Shown here: in pieces, positions 28,160 through 39,270 of the stretch
Position numbering within the stretch: the first letter of the stretch is position 1
Layout of the letters: each line of letters starts with the position of its first letter
Notes under the pieces: model-generated
What the model saw: the letters and a program-made list of their open reading frames with translations, nothing else
Databases searched by the model: none
What the model was told of the DNA's origin: nothing
IMG/VR virus record: IMGVR_UViG_3300042562_002309
Location: 1-62,922 of that record
Origin: a virus
Taxonomy: Duplodnaviria > Caudoviricetes
Strand: one strand, 5' to 3'
Length of the DNA: 62,922 nt
Made by a program: the position numbers and the translations under genes

Positions 28160-30160
28160 TTATGATCCTCCTTTTTTAGTCGGTACGGTTACTCCAGTAA
28201 TAAGTTTTCTGGTAACAACCGCAGTATTTTTAGGCAATTTAGGATCTTGATTAATAGAAGAGTTTCCTGCAGTAACCGAATCCTTATTAAGAGTAGAAAT
28301 GTTCGAAAGATTATCGAATATTTGGAACAAACCTGTATAAATAACAGAAACATTATTCTGACTACTGGCTATTATATAGAATAGGTTTACTCCAGATTCA
28401 TATATCTTCTTTATGGACATTACTTTAGATTGTGGTATTTTAAAAACAATTTGACCTAATTTTAAGTTTATATCGGTGGCTTCCGCAAGAAGTGTGAACT
28501 CTTCTGTTGTATTGTCGTTTCTAAATGCCATTTTTATCTCACCAAGTCCAGTCATGTCTAAATAGTCTGGTTTTAGTGCATCACCTGATGCTATTATGAA
28601 TTTGATGATGTTATCATAAGGATAAATCTTTATTTGCATTTTTGCATTTCCGTAGAAAACATTATTGTTGAATATAGAATTATCAGACTTACCGATTATA
28701 TTAGCCCTGTCTATAAGAACTGGATAAGGAACTTTTACCGTCTCTATCTTAACCTGACCGGCCCCGAAACCACCACCGGCACCAGCACCACCAGCACCAC
28801 CGGCACCACCAGCTCCTGCACCTCCGAATCCAGCACCGCCATTGGGACCTACTCCCGCACCAAATCCTGAACCTGATCCCAAATCTCCTTTGTTAACCGC
28901 GATACCTACATTGAATCCAGCACCACTAGATGCCTTTTGATTATATCTTCCCCTTGGTGTAGTAGTTTTACCCATTGCATTAGTAACACCTAACAAAGAC
29001 GCATCTATAGCATTCTTCACATTATATACCTTAGGCTTGGATGCATTGACCAAGTTTATCTTAAGCATGGTTGTACTATATTTAGAAACTTCATCCTGAA
29101 GCATTCCATAAGAAGCTCTTCTAAGTATGTAAGAGTCATCCACCGAATCTATAAGTCTCATCTCGACATCTATTATAGCACTCGTGGTGGAAAACTTTAT
29201 AATCGGTCTATATTCAATTGTTTCATTAAATCCATCATGTACGGTGACTGTAGTGGTCTTACCTCTTGTGTTCTGTTCGAATGTTGTTATATTATACTGC
29301 ACGTAGTATCTATGTCCCATCCTGACAGAATCATCAATGAATTTTTTGAACTCTGATATGTTATCATTATACGTTCCATATATTTCGAAGAAATCTCCAT
29401 CTGGTGAGTGTTGTACCACAAGTGCCAACCTTTCAAATTCTGGGGCTTGTGGTATAGTAGTCGTTACTTTATTCGTAAGTATATAACTTTTTATTCCATT
29501 TACCTTTTGTATACCATCGATAAAATAAAAGTCTATGAATATAGGTGCGGTTATACTAAGACCGATACTATTGGTTAAATTGTAATTTATACTATCTTCC
29601 TTGGGTGTACCATTTAAACTTTGTGCGGCAACTTCATTGATTGCAGGAACTTCTATCTGTATGGTCTTTCCCCAAAGTTTTTCCTGAAACATCAATGGTG
29701 GTGAAGAATAGTTCAGAAGATATTGTTGATCAACATTAGTCATGTCAAAGTGGAAGTTGGATATCTCGAACGGGTTAGTATTCGTTTCATCCATCGTATA
29801 AACTCTTATATAAAAACCTAAGTGTTCTCCAAACGTCCAGTTTATCGGTATATGAACTTTTATTGTATCATGTCTTACTGGTATTCCTGCTCCAAATTCT
29901 TTGTATTGAAGATAAGAGTAGTAGTCTGGGTTTACGACACCATATCTTCCCGATACTTGATCCAATTTAAAAAGCTGGTTTTCTTGACCAGTTATATTAG
30001 TATTTCCTGTAGAACTAAAATCACCTGCTATATAAGACCTTCTATTGTCTCTTGAATCTATGAGAATCTTATATTGGTCGGCAATCATGTTACCGTCGTT
30101 GTATATGTACTCCAATAAAATATCTTTATCTAACTTTACATATTTTGAAATTTTAGCCAT
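28160..30160 (-). CDS. large hypothetical protein, probably structural, with Gly/Ala-rich insert
   Basis: 666-aa ORF with TATATATA upstream, next to the tail gene. Confidence 0.8.
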   Translation of the reverse strand: MAKISKYVKLDKDILLEYIYNDGNMIADQYKILIDSRDNRRSYIAGDFSSTGNTNITGQENQLFKLDQVSGRYGVVNPDYYSYLQYKEFGAGIPVRHDTIKVHIPINWTFGEHLGFYIRVYTMDETNTNPFEISNFHFDMTNVDQQYLLNYSSPPLMFQEKLWGKTIQIEVPAINEVAAQSLNGTPKEDSINYNLTNSIGLSITAPIFIDFYFIDGIQKVNGIKSYILTNKVTTTIPQAPEFERLALVVQHSPDGDFFEIYGTYNDNISEFKKFIDDSVRMGHRYYVQYNITTFEQNTRGKTTTVTVHDGFNETIEYRPIIKFSTTSAIIDVEMRLIDSVDDSYILRRASYGMLQDEVSKYSTTMLKINLVNASKPKVYNVKNAIDASLLGVTNAMGKTTTPRGRYNQKASSGAGFNVGIAVNKGDLGSGSGFGAGVGPNGGAGFGGAGAGGAGGAGGAGAGGGFGAGQVKIETVKVPYPVLIDRANIIGKSDNSIFNNNVFYGNAKMQIKIYPYDNIIKFIIASGDALKPDYLDMTGLGEIKMAFRNDNTTEEFTLLAEATDINLKLGQIVFKIPQSKVMSIKKIYESGVNLFYIIASSQNNVSVIYTGLFQIFDNLSNISTLNKDSVTAGNSSINQDPKLPKNTAVVTRKLITGVTVPTKKGGS

Positions 30161-30199
30161 TTTAGAATTGAAATCTTTTTGTTATATATAAAAAAAGAA

Positions 30200-30232
30200 A
30201 ACCTCTCATTATTATGAGAGGCCTTCTTTTTT
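30200..30232 (-). terminator. intrinsic terminator-like hairpin
   Basis: CCTCTCAT-TATT-ATGAGAGG flanked by A/T runs. Confidence 0.5.
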
Positions 30233-30616
30233 TAATCTAAGTCGTACTGTCTCTACAATTTGATTTTCGGAAAGATCCGAATGTCTTTCGATTATTCTTT
30301 TATAGAGTTGTTCTTCTTCCACCGCAAGCTTTTCAATTTCTTTGTTTAGAGGTTCTACAAACTTTTCAATCTTATTACCTTCTTCTTCGATATAATCAAA
30401 AATTGAAAGTAATTTTGATGTTAACTCTGTATTAACATTTTGATTCTTTCTCGAATCCTCAATTTCTTTTTCAAGATTTTCGATTTGATTATGTGCGTCT
30501 TGTAGTTTTTCTATTGCTTTTTCTGTACGTTTACTATAAAAATTTAAATTAGATGTTAGATCTATATATTTTTTCTTAATATTTACCGCAGCGATAAGAA
30601 ATTTTTCTTCAATCAT
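30212..30616 (-). CDS. coiled-coil hypothetical protein
   Basis: 134-aa E/K-rich heptads. Confidence 0.7.
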   Translation of the reverse strand: MIEEKFLIAAVNIKKKYIDLTSNLNFYSKRTEKAIEKLQDAHNQIENLEKEIEDSRKNQNVNTELTSKLLSIFDYIEEEGNKIEKFVEPLNKEIEKLAVEEEQLYKRIIERHSDLSENQIVETVRLRLKKEGLS

Positions 30617-31581
30617 TGTTGTTCTGTCTCTTTTTTAGCCCTGGTCTTTTTGGGTACAACTATTGTATTCTCTTTCATTTTTTCTGATAAATCCTTTTTA
30701 ACCGTTTTAGTAACCGTTCCTACAACCGGTTTCTTTACTACGGTTCTTTTTTTTACAGACTTCGTATAGACCATATCTCTTATTTTTGATTTTATACTTT
30801 CTTTCAGAGATTTTGGATCTTTAAGTAATTCTTTTGTGAATTCTTCCGCCAAAAAATCTATTATACTCTTTTCGTAAGAGTCTTCCATCATTTCTATAAA
30901 GTCCAATCTAGGAATTTTGTTCTCAAGTTTTAGATCTAAACTAAATTCGACAGATCTCTTTACTCCTCTGAACATCGTATATATAGGATCCTCTTTAGGC
31001 TTTGTATAGACCGGTTCTGAATTTTGTTGTTGAGATCCATTTACTACAACGGTTCCATTATCTCTATCAATATCAACCCTTTGAATAGGGGGTTCATCAT
31101 TGACAATCTGTCTCGGTGTCGGTGTTTGAGGTAGTTCATCAAGCTCTTCACTATCTTCCAATATCCTTGCAAATGCTTCGTTCTGTCTTGCAACCGATTG
31201 GTTGTTTTCCATACTAACACCATATTTTTTAGCAAGTTCTTCTTTTTCATCATCAATACTACCATAGATTACGGCACTATCATCTTCTAAGGGTGGTGTA
31301 TATTTATTGTCGATACTAACGCTTGGTCTAATCTCTCCATTGTCATCGGGTATTCTATCGGATGGAATAGTCTTTATCTTTTCAAATAAGTCATTGTAAG
31401 CACTTTGGGTATTAAAAAATACACTAGGGTCAACTTGTTCCGTGAAATGGTTTGGGTCCATAAGACGCCTAGCATCTATTTTGGACTTATTTTCAAGAAT
31501 TGCTATGTTCTCAAAAGAATCAATTACCTTCAATACCTCACCTGTTCTATTATCTTTAAATATCTTATTATTAAGATTCAT
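30613..31581 (-). CDS. hypothetical protein
   Basis: 322-aa ORF with basic C-terminal tail. Confidence 0.75.
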   Translation of the reverse strand: MNLNNKIFKDNRTGEVLKVIDSFENIAILENKSKIDARRLMDPNHFTEQVDPSVFFNTQSAYNDLFEKIKTIPSDRIPDDNGEIRPSVSIDNKYTPPLEDDSAVIYGSIDDEKEELAKKYGVSMENNQSVARQNEAFARILEDSEELDELPQTPTPRQIVNDEPPIQRVDIDRDNGTVVVNGSQQQNSEPVYTKPKEDPIYTMFRGVKRSVEFSLDLKLENKIPRLDFIEMMEDSYEKSIIDFLAEEFTKELLKDPKSLKESIKSKIRDMVYTKSVKKRTVVKKPVVGTVTKTVKKDLSEKMKENTIVVPKKTRAKKETEQQ

Positions 31582-31747
31582 ATGAATATATTTATTTTTT
31601 TTACAAGGTTATGACCCTGCATTTATTTATCTATTTATTATAAATGCAATTTTGAAAAAGTTGAAAAAAATTAGATTTTAATTGGACAAAAATAACATAA
31701 AAACCATTTAGATTAAAAATCAATTTGTATTTTTTAATATATAGACT

Positions 31748-33256
31748 ATGGGATATTCAATCAATAGAACAAACTTTAATATAAATCAAAACTTGACGAT
31801 AATGGATGGTGGTCAAGGATCTGATAATATACTTATATCAAATATAAATGGAGTGGCTAAATGGAGAATACCACAAAATTATATCTCAAGTAAACCCAAT
31901 AATCATTATATTGGTGAGTTTTTTGGCGGTGGTGTAGTCGTTGCTGTTTGGATACAGGATGGTATAGAAAAGTGTTTGGTTGCTGCTACTGAAAATATAT
32001 CCAGTACGACCGTATCTAATAACATAACCTCGTTTGTATATGGTTATGCTTGGTCTGATACAACAGCTCAGTCTTCTGCAATTTATAATTCTTTTGGGGC
32101 GAGTAATAGTAATATAATATCTATACAATCTACTGCATCTGCCGCACAAAAATGTTTGGACTATCTTAATCCTAATTTAGGAACGGGTGTTTGGGATGAT
32201 TGGTATCTTCCTTCTATATACGAATTGGGATATTTTATCAATAATACCGCCATATTCAACAAAGTACTTGATGGATATTCATATGATAATAATGAACCTA
32301 AATTAGACGTTGTTGGTATAACATACTTTTATGGTTCGTTTCCAAATCCACCTACTTTCACCACAGATTCTGTTATACAAAGTAATATAAACCTTTTGAA
32401 TTTTGGAAAAACGAAACATACCCGTTATACATATAATTACTATCTTGACGAAACAACAATATCTACCATAGAATCCAACGACGCAGACTATTATTGGTCT
32501 TCTACGGAAGATGCCAATCCGATTATTTATCCAATCAGAAGCTGGGGTGTTCAAGTCGGAACAAGCTCTACATTAAATTTAGACGCCACACTTATTCAAA
32601 AATCTACTTTAGGTAAAGTAAGGCCATTTAGAATAGCAGATGATACACAAACTCCTTTCGATTTCGACGCAGACTATATAGTAATTTCGTATAGTTTCTC
32701 AGGTGAGAACGATTTGGACACAAGAACAACGATGATAGAACCATCCGCACCTCAGTCAGAATCAGGATATGGTGGTTATTTCAACGGTGTTGGTTGGACT
32801 CCCGATTCTCTATCGAATCCCGCACATCCAAACAGCTCGACATATTCCATTCTTTGGCATGGTGGTGATAATATTGGTATGGGATATGAAACTGTTCTTA
32901 TAAATCTGAATGCTTTTAAATTTTATTATCCAGGTCAGGCAGAAATAGTAATAGATGCAAAGGCTCATTGGTATGTAGGAAGTTGGGTACCGGATTTTAC
33001 ATCAGGTGATCAAGCTAGACTTGACGCAACACCTCCTGTCATATTGGATGTTAAGCTATATAAAGGTGGAACTCCTATACCAAATCCACTTGACACAAAT
33101 CAATGGATAAATCCTACAGCAGGTGCTAGTATGTCTGTACAATCTTATGGTAAAAATATAAATGTGCAATATACCAATGGTATCGGTACAGGAATGAGAG
33201 TTTCAAAATTCAAATATAATGTACTTGGAAAATTTGGATATCTTTTCTCTGATTAA
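31748..33256 (+). CDS. putative virion fibre/adhesin with DUF1566 (Lcl/C-type-lectin-like) domain
   Basis: YIGEFFGGGVV, WYLPS..EL, YWSSTE, VRPFR; late promoter 31735-31743. Confidence 0.7.
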   Translation: MGYSINRTNFNINQNLTIMDGGQGSDNILISNINGVAKWRIPQNYISSKPNNHYIGEFFGGGVVVAVWIQDGIEKCLVAATENISSTTVSNNITSFVYGYAWSDTTAQSSAIYNSFGASNSNIISIQSTASAAQKCLDYLNPNLGTGVWDDWYLPSIYELGYFINNTAIFNKVLDGYSYDNNEPKLDVVGITYFYGSFPNPPTFTTDSVIQSNINLLNFGKTKHTRYTYNYYLDETTISTIESNDADYYWSSTEDANPIIYPIRSWGVQVGTSSTLNLDATLIQKSTLGKVRPFRIADDTQTPFDFDADYIVISYSFSGENDLDTRTTMIEPSAPQSESGYGGYFNGVGWTPDSLSNPAHPNSSTYSILWHGGDNIGMGYETVLINLNAFKFYYPGQAEIVIDAKAHWYVGSWVPDFTSGDQARLDATPPVILDVKLYKGGTPIPNPLDTNQWINPTAGASMSVQSYGKNINVQYTNGIGTGMRVSKFKYNVLGKFGYLFSD

Positions 33257-33272
33257 AATAAATAAGTAAAAT

Positions 33273-36200
33273 ATGGTAATTGTAAAGGTAATATCCGCTA
33301 CAGGAAGATTGAAAAACAAAATAGACTTTTCATATAGTGTTGCCACAACCGGTGGTGAAATAATTGTGGATAGTGGTTTAGTATATAGTATAGATCCAAA
33401 TAATATAATTAATGGCGATATAAGAGCGATATCGTTTTCTGGCACAGGAACATTTTCAAAAACATTCGAAAATATACCAAATGGTAGATATTATGCAGTC
33501 GCATATGCGTATGATAATGGTATTGGGAATAATTACTATAGCTCTCCCGTACAATTTACGGTTTCCGATAATGGATATGAACTATCTTTAGATGGTATTA
33601 CCATAGCAAATCCATTGGTTATATCTAATGGTTCAGAAGGTAATGATAAGGTTCTTATATCCGATTCGTCAGGATTGGCCAAATGGAAACCAGTTAGGTC
33701 TTTGTTCTCACTTGGTCACTATATAGGTGAGTTCTATGGTGGTGGTGTAGTCGTTGATGTGTGGAAAGAAGGTGATGATGAAAAAGTCCTGATAGTCTCT
33801 TTGGAAGATTTGAAAAGCACCAATGGGTTTTTTGACACTAATGGGTCTATTGAATCACAATGGATATATGGTGGATCGATGAGCACCACTTTAATTGGAA
33901 CATCCGCGCAGAGTCTATATGATGGTAAATCAAATACGAATTCTATTATAAAAAATTCTAATATATCTGGTGCTACCGGAAGTGCCGCACAGGTTTGTTA
34001 TGATTACAGAGGTGGTGGATATGACGATTGGTATTTACCTGCATATTATGAGATAAATACTATATACTATCAGGCTGCTGCGGTAAATAAAGTTCTTAAC
34101 CGCGAGAGTATAAATGCATTATTTAGATATTGGACATCGACAGAGGCAAGTATGGATTATTCCTATCTTATTTCATCGGGTGGCTATTTAGTTTCCGAAT
34201 ATAAATCTAGAAGTTATTTTGACGAATCAAAACCTAGGATAAGAGCGGTAAGGAGAGAATCTATCTATGTTGGCTCTGGATTGTGTCTAAATTTAGATGC
34301 AACAAATTCAAAGTCTTTTAGTGATTCTACATATATGTTTTTGGGAACATCAAGTAAGTGGGTGGACTTGGTAAATAGTGGAATGACATCATCTTATTCT
34401 TTTAACCTATCTGCATACCCAACGATTTCATCAGGAGGTGTTTCTACCAATATCATACCTATTTTAAGTAATATTACCGGTCCAGGAACCACTTTTTCGG
34501 GATACAATGGTAGTTGGTATCTAAGTAATATAACTAATTCCGACACTTCCTTACCTAAGCTATATAACAATGGTGGTACATCCAGTTTTACATCAAACTA
34601 CTTTTTAATTGGTTATAAAGACACGACTATCCAATTCCGAACAAGAGACATGTCTTCTGTTACAAATATGTCAGGTGCTACACTAAACATCTATATATCA
34701 ATACAATATAGTGGATATTCATCATCGTACAAACTAATAAGTCAGATTACGAATACAACTCCTTCTGTCAACAATATAAGCATTCCTCTATATTCATATT
34801 ATGGTAAAACAATATCGATAAAAGTAACCGCACCCAATGCATCATATACATCCTTATCGTCATATGTGGGACCTTCATTCGATGAAGTTAGTGTGATTGG
34901 CACGAATGGTGGATATCAAGCAACTGGTCCGGTTTATTTTCCGGACGAAAGTGGATTCTTGACATTCAATGGGACAGGAAGCGTGGGTAGCTATGTCGAC
35001 TTCAAAGCGCCTCTTGGAAGCGCCTCGACAGTTACTGTGGAGATGTGGGCTAGAATCAAATCGACTTCAAAATTTATATTTGGTTGGGATAAATATGATG
35101 TTATAACAAATGCCGATGGTGTATTTGGATTCAACACAGGCCAAGGCGATATTTATGGAATAACTTCATCTAGGATACAAGAGTTTATCAATGTTTGGAA
35201 GCATTATGTTTTCGAAATGAGAAGTGATGTTTCATATACCAACAACAAAATCTATATAAATGGTGATCAACAGGAACTTGACGCTCAGATTGCACCATAT
35301 AGTGGAGGTACTTTGGGAGTTGAAAATCCTTCCAGAAGAAACTTTAATGGTGGAGTTGGTAGAATAGGTAGTTGGGGAAACTCAACCATAAACTTGTTCG
35401 ATGGTGACATATCAGTATTCAGAGTTTACAATAGGGCTCTTACTAAAGATGAGGTAATGAAGAACTACAACGAAGAAAAGAAAAGATATGAGATTCTTCC
35501 TATAGTAATGAAAAACAAATTGAAGATGAACTTTGATGCGAGTCTTTCATATTCAGGTACCGGTACCGTTATAACGGAACTTAGTGGAAGCCATTCGAAT
35601 GGAAGTATAGTAACATCTTCGGGGTATACCTCACCCACCTATTCGAGTAGTAGCTCTCTCTATCCAGGTAAATATTTCACTTTCAACGGCTCAAACACTA
35701 AAATTCAATATGCTCCAATAAGTCTTGTCGAAAATATGTCTTGGGAGACATGGGTTAGATGTGTCGGAACGGTCTCTTCTCCTAACCCAGCCTTCGGTGG
35801 TGCATCAATAAATATGTTCATGGGTCAGGTATTGCCATATTTCTCATTCCGTGATGGTAATAGAATTCTTTTCTCAAACTACATAAATAATACACAGACA
35901 TACCTTGATGGTAGTAGTACATTGTTATTGGACAAATGGTATCATTTTGTTGGAACAACAGAGACTATATCCAACATCACACTTTCTAAAATATACATAA
36001 ATGGTGTTAAAGACGTAGAAAAATACAATTTAGGAACTCAAAGTAAATGGCAGGGAACGGACTACAATTTCGCTATCGGTGATGGACAGGGAACAGATAG
36101 ACCTACATCCGGTATGACACAGTGGTTTCCGTTCAAAGGAGATATCGGACAAGTAAGAGTGTACTACAAAACTCTATCTTATGAAGAAGTTAAAAATAAT

Positions 36201-37469
36201 TACAATACATCTAAGCATATTTATGAAGACGATTATGATGATGCGAATAAATTCTACTCACATGAGTTAAATGGTAATCCAACTTTCTCTATTACACAAA
36301 ATCTATTTATTGATATACCCGGTAAATCCAATGATAAGATACTCAGATCCGATTCCAATGGAAAAACATCTTGGGTGGATAAAAATTACTTGTTCATCAG
36401 ACCAAATAACCAAAGGTTTGTAGGTGATTTTTATGGTGGTGGAATAATAGTTTCTGCTTGGAAATACCCATCTAATGTATTTAACTATTTAGTTATGTCT
36501 TTAGAAGACATAAGTACTTCTTCCGCTTGGAGTAATATTTCGTCAGGTGTATCGGGAGCAACATCTGAGCATAATGGTATTTCAAATACCAATAATATAA
36601 TAGCACAATCAGGACACACAAATTCTGCAGCCAAACTATGCGATGACTATGTAGGCGGTGGTTTTAACGATTGGTACTTACCATCCATAACCGAACTGAA
36701 CTATGGATTCAACACTGGTCAGATAGTGGATTCTGTATTGGGAACGGATAAGCTAATAGAATCTTATTGGACTTCTACAGAAATCGACTCAACGAAAGCA
36801 TATTCATATTCTTTCAGTAGTAGTGTTAATAAAAAAACAAGTATAAATATGTCGTCAAAAGATGGTATATTTAAAATAAGACCATTCAGACAAGTCAAAG
36901 TCTATGATATTGTAAATAACTGGCAAAGTGGGTGGCCTGTAGAATATACACCTATGTGGGGTTCACCATATTCATGGAGTGATGAAAATTGGAACTTCAA
37001 AACTTCTATAGTCATAGATACAAATCCAATAATATTTAAAGTTGATTTAACAACCAGTGGTGGTGTTATATACGTTTCACCATCGAGTCCGCAAGCCAGT
37101 GTGTCCATGACTTTTTCCAATGTGATATATACCAATGAAACTATAATAAACACCGGTGTTTGTTGGGCAACTTCATCAACCACACCAACGATTGCAAATT
37201 CGTTCACGTATTCAACATCAACAGGACCTGCAACTTTCATTATAAAAACACCCACTATTATGGGACCTACTGCGGGTGTGCCATCAGTTGATTATACGCA
37301 TTTCTTTTTATATGTTAGGGCATTTGTAAATACGTCAAGTGGTACATACTATAGTAGTAACGGTAATTATACAAATGGTGGTACATACTCTACGAGTATA
37401 AACACATATAGTAGTTACCCAAATACATGTTATGTTTTTGAATTTCCTCGTATATATTTCAGTGGTTAA
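33273..37469 (+). CDS. large putative tail fibre/adhesin: two DUF1566-like and two LamG/ConA-like domains
   Basis: two GxFYGGG...WYLP...YWTSTE units; LNLDA, FNG, WxH, GDI...RVYNRALT..EV..NYN LamG pattern twice. Confidence 0.75.
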   Translation: MVIVKVISATGRLKNKIDFSYSVATTGGEIIVDSGLVYSIDPNNIINGDIRAISFSGTGTFSKTFENIPNGRYYAVAYAYDNGIGNNYYSSPVQFTVSDNGYELSLDGITIANPLVISNGSEGNDKVLISDSSGLAKWKPVRSLFSLGHYIGEFYGGGVVVDVWKEGDDEKVLIVSLEDLKSTNGFFDTNGSIESQWIYGGSMSTTLIGTSAQSLYDGKSNTNSIIKNSNISGATGSAAQVCYDYRGGGYDDWYLPAYYEINTIYYQAAAVNKVLNRESINALFRYWTSTEASMDYSYLISSGGYLVSEYKSRSYFDESKPRIRAVRRESIYVGSGLCLNLDATNSKSFSDSTYMFLGTSSKWVDLVNSGMTSSYSFNLSAYPTISSGGVSTNIIPILSNITGPGTTFSGYNGSWYLSNITNSDTSLPKLYNNGGTSSFTSNYFLIGYKDTTIQFRTRDMSSVTNMSGATLNIYISIQYSGYSSSYKLISQITNTTPSVNNISIPLYSYYGKTISIKVTAPNASYTSLSSYVGPSFDEVSVIGTNGGYQATGPVYFPDESGFLTFNGTGSVGSYVDFKAPLGSASTVTVEMWARIKSTSKFIFGWDKYDVITNADGVFGFNTGQGDIYGITSSRIQEFINVWKHYVFEMRSDVSYTNNKIYINGDQQELDAQIAPYSGGTLGVENPSRRNFNGGVGRIGSWGNSTINLFDGDISVFRVYNRALTKDEVMKNYNEEKKRYEILPIVMKNKLKMNFDASLSYSGTGTVITELSGSHSNGSIVTSSGYTSPTYSSSSSLYPGKYFTFNGSNTKIQYAPISLVENMSWETWVRCVGTVSSPNPAFGGASINMFMGQVLPYFSFRDGNRILFSNYINNTQTYLDGSSTLLLDKWYHFVGTTETISNITLSKIYINGVKDVEKYNLGTQSKWQGTDYNFAIGDGQGTDRPTSGMTQWFPFKGDIGQVRVYYKTLSYEEVKNNYNTSKHIYEDDYDDANKFYSHELNGNPTFSITQNLFIDIPGKSNDKILRSDSNGKTSWVDKNYLFIRPNNQRFVGDFYGGGIIVSAWKYPSNVFNYLVMSLEDISTSSAWSNISSGVSGATSEHNGISNTNNIIAQSGHTNSAAKLCDDYVGGGFNDWYLPSITELNYGFNTGQIVDSVLGTDKLIESYWTSTEIDSTKAYSYSFSSSVNKKTSINMSSKDGIFKIRPFRQVKVYDIVNNWQSGWPVEYTPMWGSPYSWSDENWNFKTSIVIDTNPIIFKVDLTTSGGVIYVSPSSPQASVSMTFSNVIYTNETIINTGVCWATSSTTPTIANSFTYSTSTGPATFIIKTPTIMGPTAGVPSVDYTHFFLYVRAFVNTSSGTYYSSNGNYTNGGTYSTSINTYSSYPNTCYVFEFPRIYFSG

Positions 37470-37515
37470 TTTTTAATATTGTAATATTATACTTATATTT
37501 GTAAAAAAAGAAACT

Positions 37516-37692
37516 ATGAAAGGAGTAATCAAAATTGGGAAGGCAACGAAAGAAAATATCATGAATGCTTATAAAAAAGCTTCGCGAGAAATGGAGTTGG
37601 AGAACTCCACCGGATGGATTGCCAAACATAAGGTTCATAAATCCGAAAAGGACTATAATAGAAACCCAAAACATAAAAATTTGGTATATTAA
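37516..37692 (+). CDS. 58-aa basic protein with ArfA-like C-terminal motif (not in ORF track)
   Basis: MKGVIKIG...KASREMELE...HKVHKSEKDYNRNPKHK; host-type promoter TATATTTG at 37494-37501. Confidence 0.65.
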   Translation: MKGVIKIGKATKENIMNAYKKASREMELENSTGWIAKHKVHKSEKDYNRNPKHKNLVY

Positions 37693-37704
37693 TATTTAAA
37701 AAGA

Positions 37705-38151
37705 CTATTCTTTAGAATGGTCTTTTTTGTTTAGAATAATTTTAGGAATATCTGCTTCTATTCTATTGTAGACACCATAGTTCTTAAACTTGACAGACTT
37801 TGTTATTTCCATAGAAATATCTATTTCAAAATCTACTGGTTTATACATTTTATATTTTCTAATAAGTTCTGATGACCAAATAGATAGATTTCCATTATAA
37901 GAGTATATATCAGCCAAAATAACATCTGTTTTTTCACAAGACTCTATGTAGGCCCATTCAATACCAAAACTATCATATGATTTTCCATCCACACCATCAA
38001 AGAACAAAGATAGGAATTTTATATTATCACCTGTATGAAAATGATAGTTATTAATGTCTTCTTTTGTTGAGTTGACACTTAATATATTATAGATTTCATC
38101 CAATACTTGAGAGTCCGATGATGATATTGATATAGAATTTAAACTTAGCAT
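37705..38151 (-). CDS. hypothetical protein
   Basis: 148-aa ORF; late motif at 38168-38176 (minus). Confidence 0.7.
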   Translation of the reverse strand: MLSLNSISISSSDSQVLDEIYNILSVNSTKEDINNYHFHTGDNIKFLSLFFDGVDGKSYDSFGIEWAYIESCEKTDVILADIYSYNGNLSIWSSELIRKYKMYKPVDFEIDISMEITKSVKFKNYGVYNRIEADIPKIILNKKDHSKE

Positions 38152-38176
38152 AAAAAGTTTTTATTTTTATATATTA

Positions 38177-38207
38177 AAAAAGGTCTACTTTAAGTAGACC
38201 TTTTTTT
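38177..38207 (-). terminator. intrinsic terminator after dnaJ
   Basis: AAAAAGGTCTACTT/AAGTAGACCTTTTT inverted repeat. Confidence 0.7.
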
Positions 38208-39270
38208 AAACTTTAAAGTTATTAGACTCTTTCAACTTCTCTAAAATATGTTGTTCGTCCAAATCTATATTCTTAGGTATTTTTATTGATATCTTTACAT
38301 ATAAATCTCCTAAGCCATAGTGTATATCGGGAATTCCTTTACCACCAATCCTTGCAGTCTTACCATGTTCAGTACCCGGTTCTATATACAAAGGTATTTC
38401 ACCATGTGGTGAAGAAACTTTAATATGTGCACCACATATGGCATCTATAATCGAAATAGTCTTTTCTACTATAATATTATTACCTTCTCTTTTATATGAA
38501 AAGTTCTGTGCCTCCTCAACCAATATATTCAAATCACCCGGAACACCATCTCTAACATTGTTACCGAATCCCTGCATTGTCAACTGCATACCCGTGGAAA
38601 CACCTACAGGTATTTCGACATCAACAACCTGTTCCTGTAGCTGAGTTCCTTCTCCATGACAATGACCACATCGGTTTTTTATTATACTTCCGGTACCGCT
38701 ACAATCGGGACATGTCATTTCCGTCCTCATCTGACCAAACGGAGTGTTCTGAACTACGATTCTATGTCCGGTACCATTACACGTAAGGCATTCTCTTACA
38801 TCAGTTCCACCTTTTCCGTCACAAGGATCACATTTTATACTCCTTTTGTATTTTAGTTTTTTAGTACAACCTTTGAGTATTTCATCTATGTTCAAAACAA
38901 CTTTTATTCTTAAATCAGAACCTTTAGATTGTCTTCTTTGTTGTCTTCCGCCTCTGTTTCCGAAAACGTCTCCAAACTGGGAGAATATATCGTCCATTGA
39001 GAATCCATGACCGCCTCCACCAAAAGGGTTTCCACCTCCGCCAAAAGGGTTCCCTGTAGCGGAACCATAGTTGTCGTAGTTTGACTTTTTGGATGAATCC
39101 GAAAGTACGTCATATGCCTCTGCAGCATCTTTGAATTTAGTTTCTGCATCTGGATTTCCGGGGTTCTTATCCGGATGCAACTCCATCGCTTTCTTTCGAT
39201 AAGCCTTTTTTATTTGGTCGTCAGATGCGTTTCTATCTACTCCCAAAATGTTGTAGTAGTCTTTACTCAT
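38206..39270 (-). CDS. dnaJ: chaperone DnaJ
   Basis: J domain HPD, G/F region, four CxxCxGxG repeats, C-terminal domain. Confidence 0.96.
   Translation of the reverse strand: MSKDYYNILGVDRNASDDQIKKAYRKKAMELHPDKNPGNPDAETKFKDAAEAYDVLSDSSKKSNYDNYGSATGNPFGGGGNPFGGGGHGFSMDDIFSQFGDVFGNRGGRQQRRQSKGSDLRIKVVLNIDEILKGCTKKLKYKRSIKCDPCDGKGGTDVRECLTCNGTGHRIVVQNTPFGQMRTEMTCPDCSGTGSIIKNRCGHCHGEGTQLQEQVVDVEIPVGVSTGMQLTMQGFGNNVRDGVPGDLNILVEEAQNFSYKREGNNIIVEKTISIIDAICGAHIKVSSPHGEIPLYIEPGTEHGKTARIGGKGIPDIHYGLGDLYVKISIKIPKNIDLDEQHILEKLKESNNFKV

Noticed and set aside
31748-37469. Active diversity-generating retroelement
   Set aside because: No reverse transcriptase or adenine-variant template repeat in the window; the repeated domains are diverged throughout.
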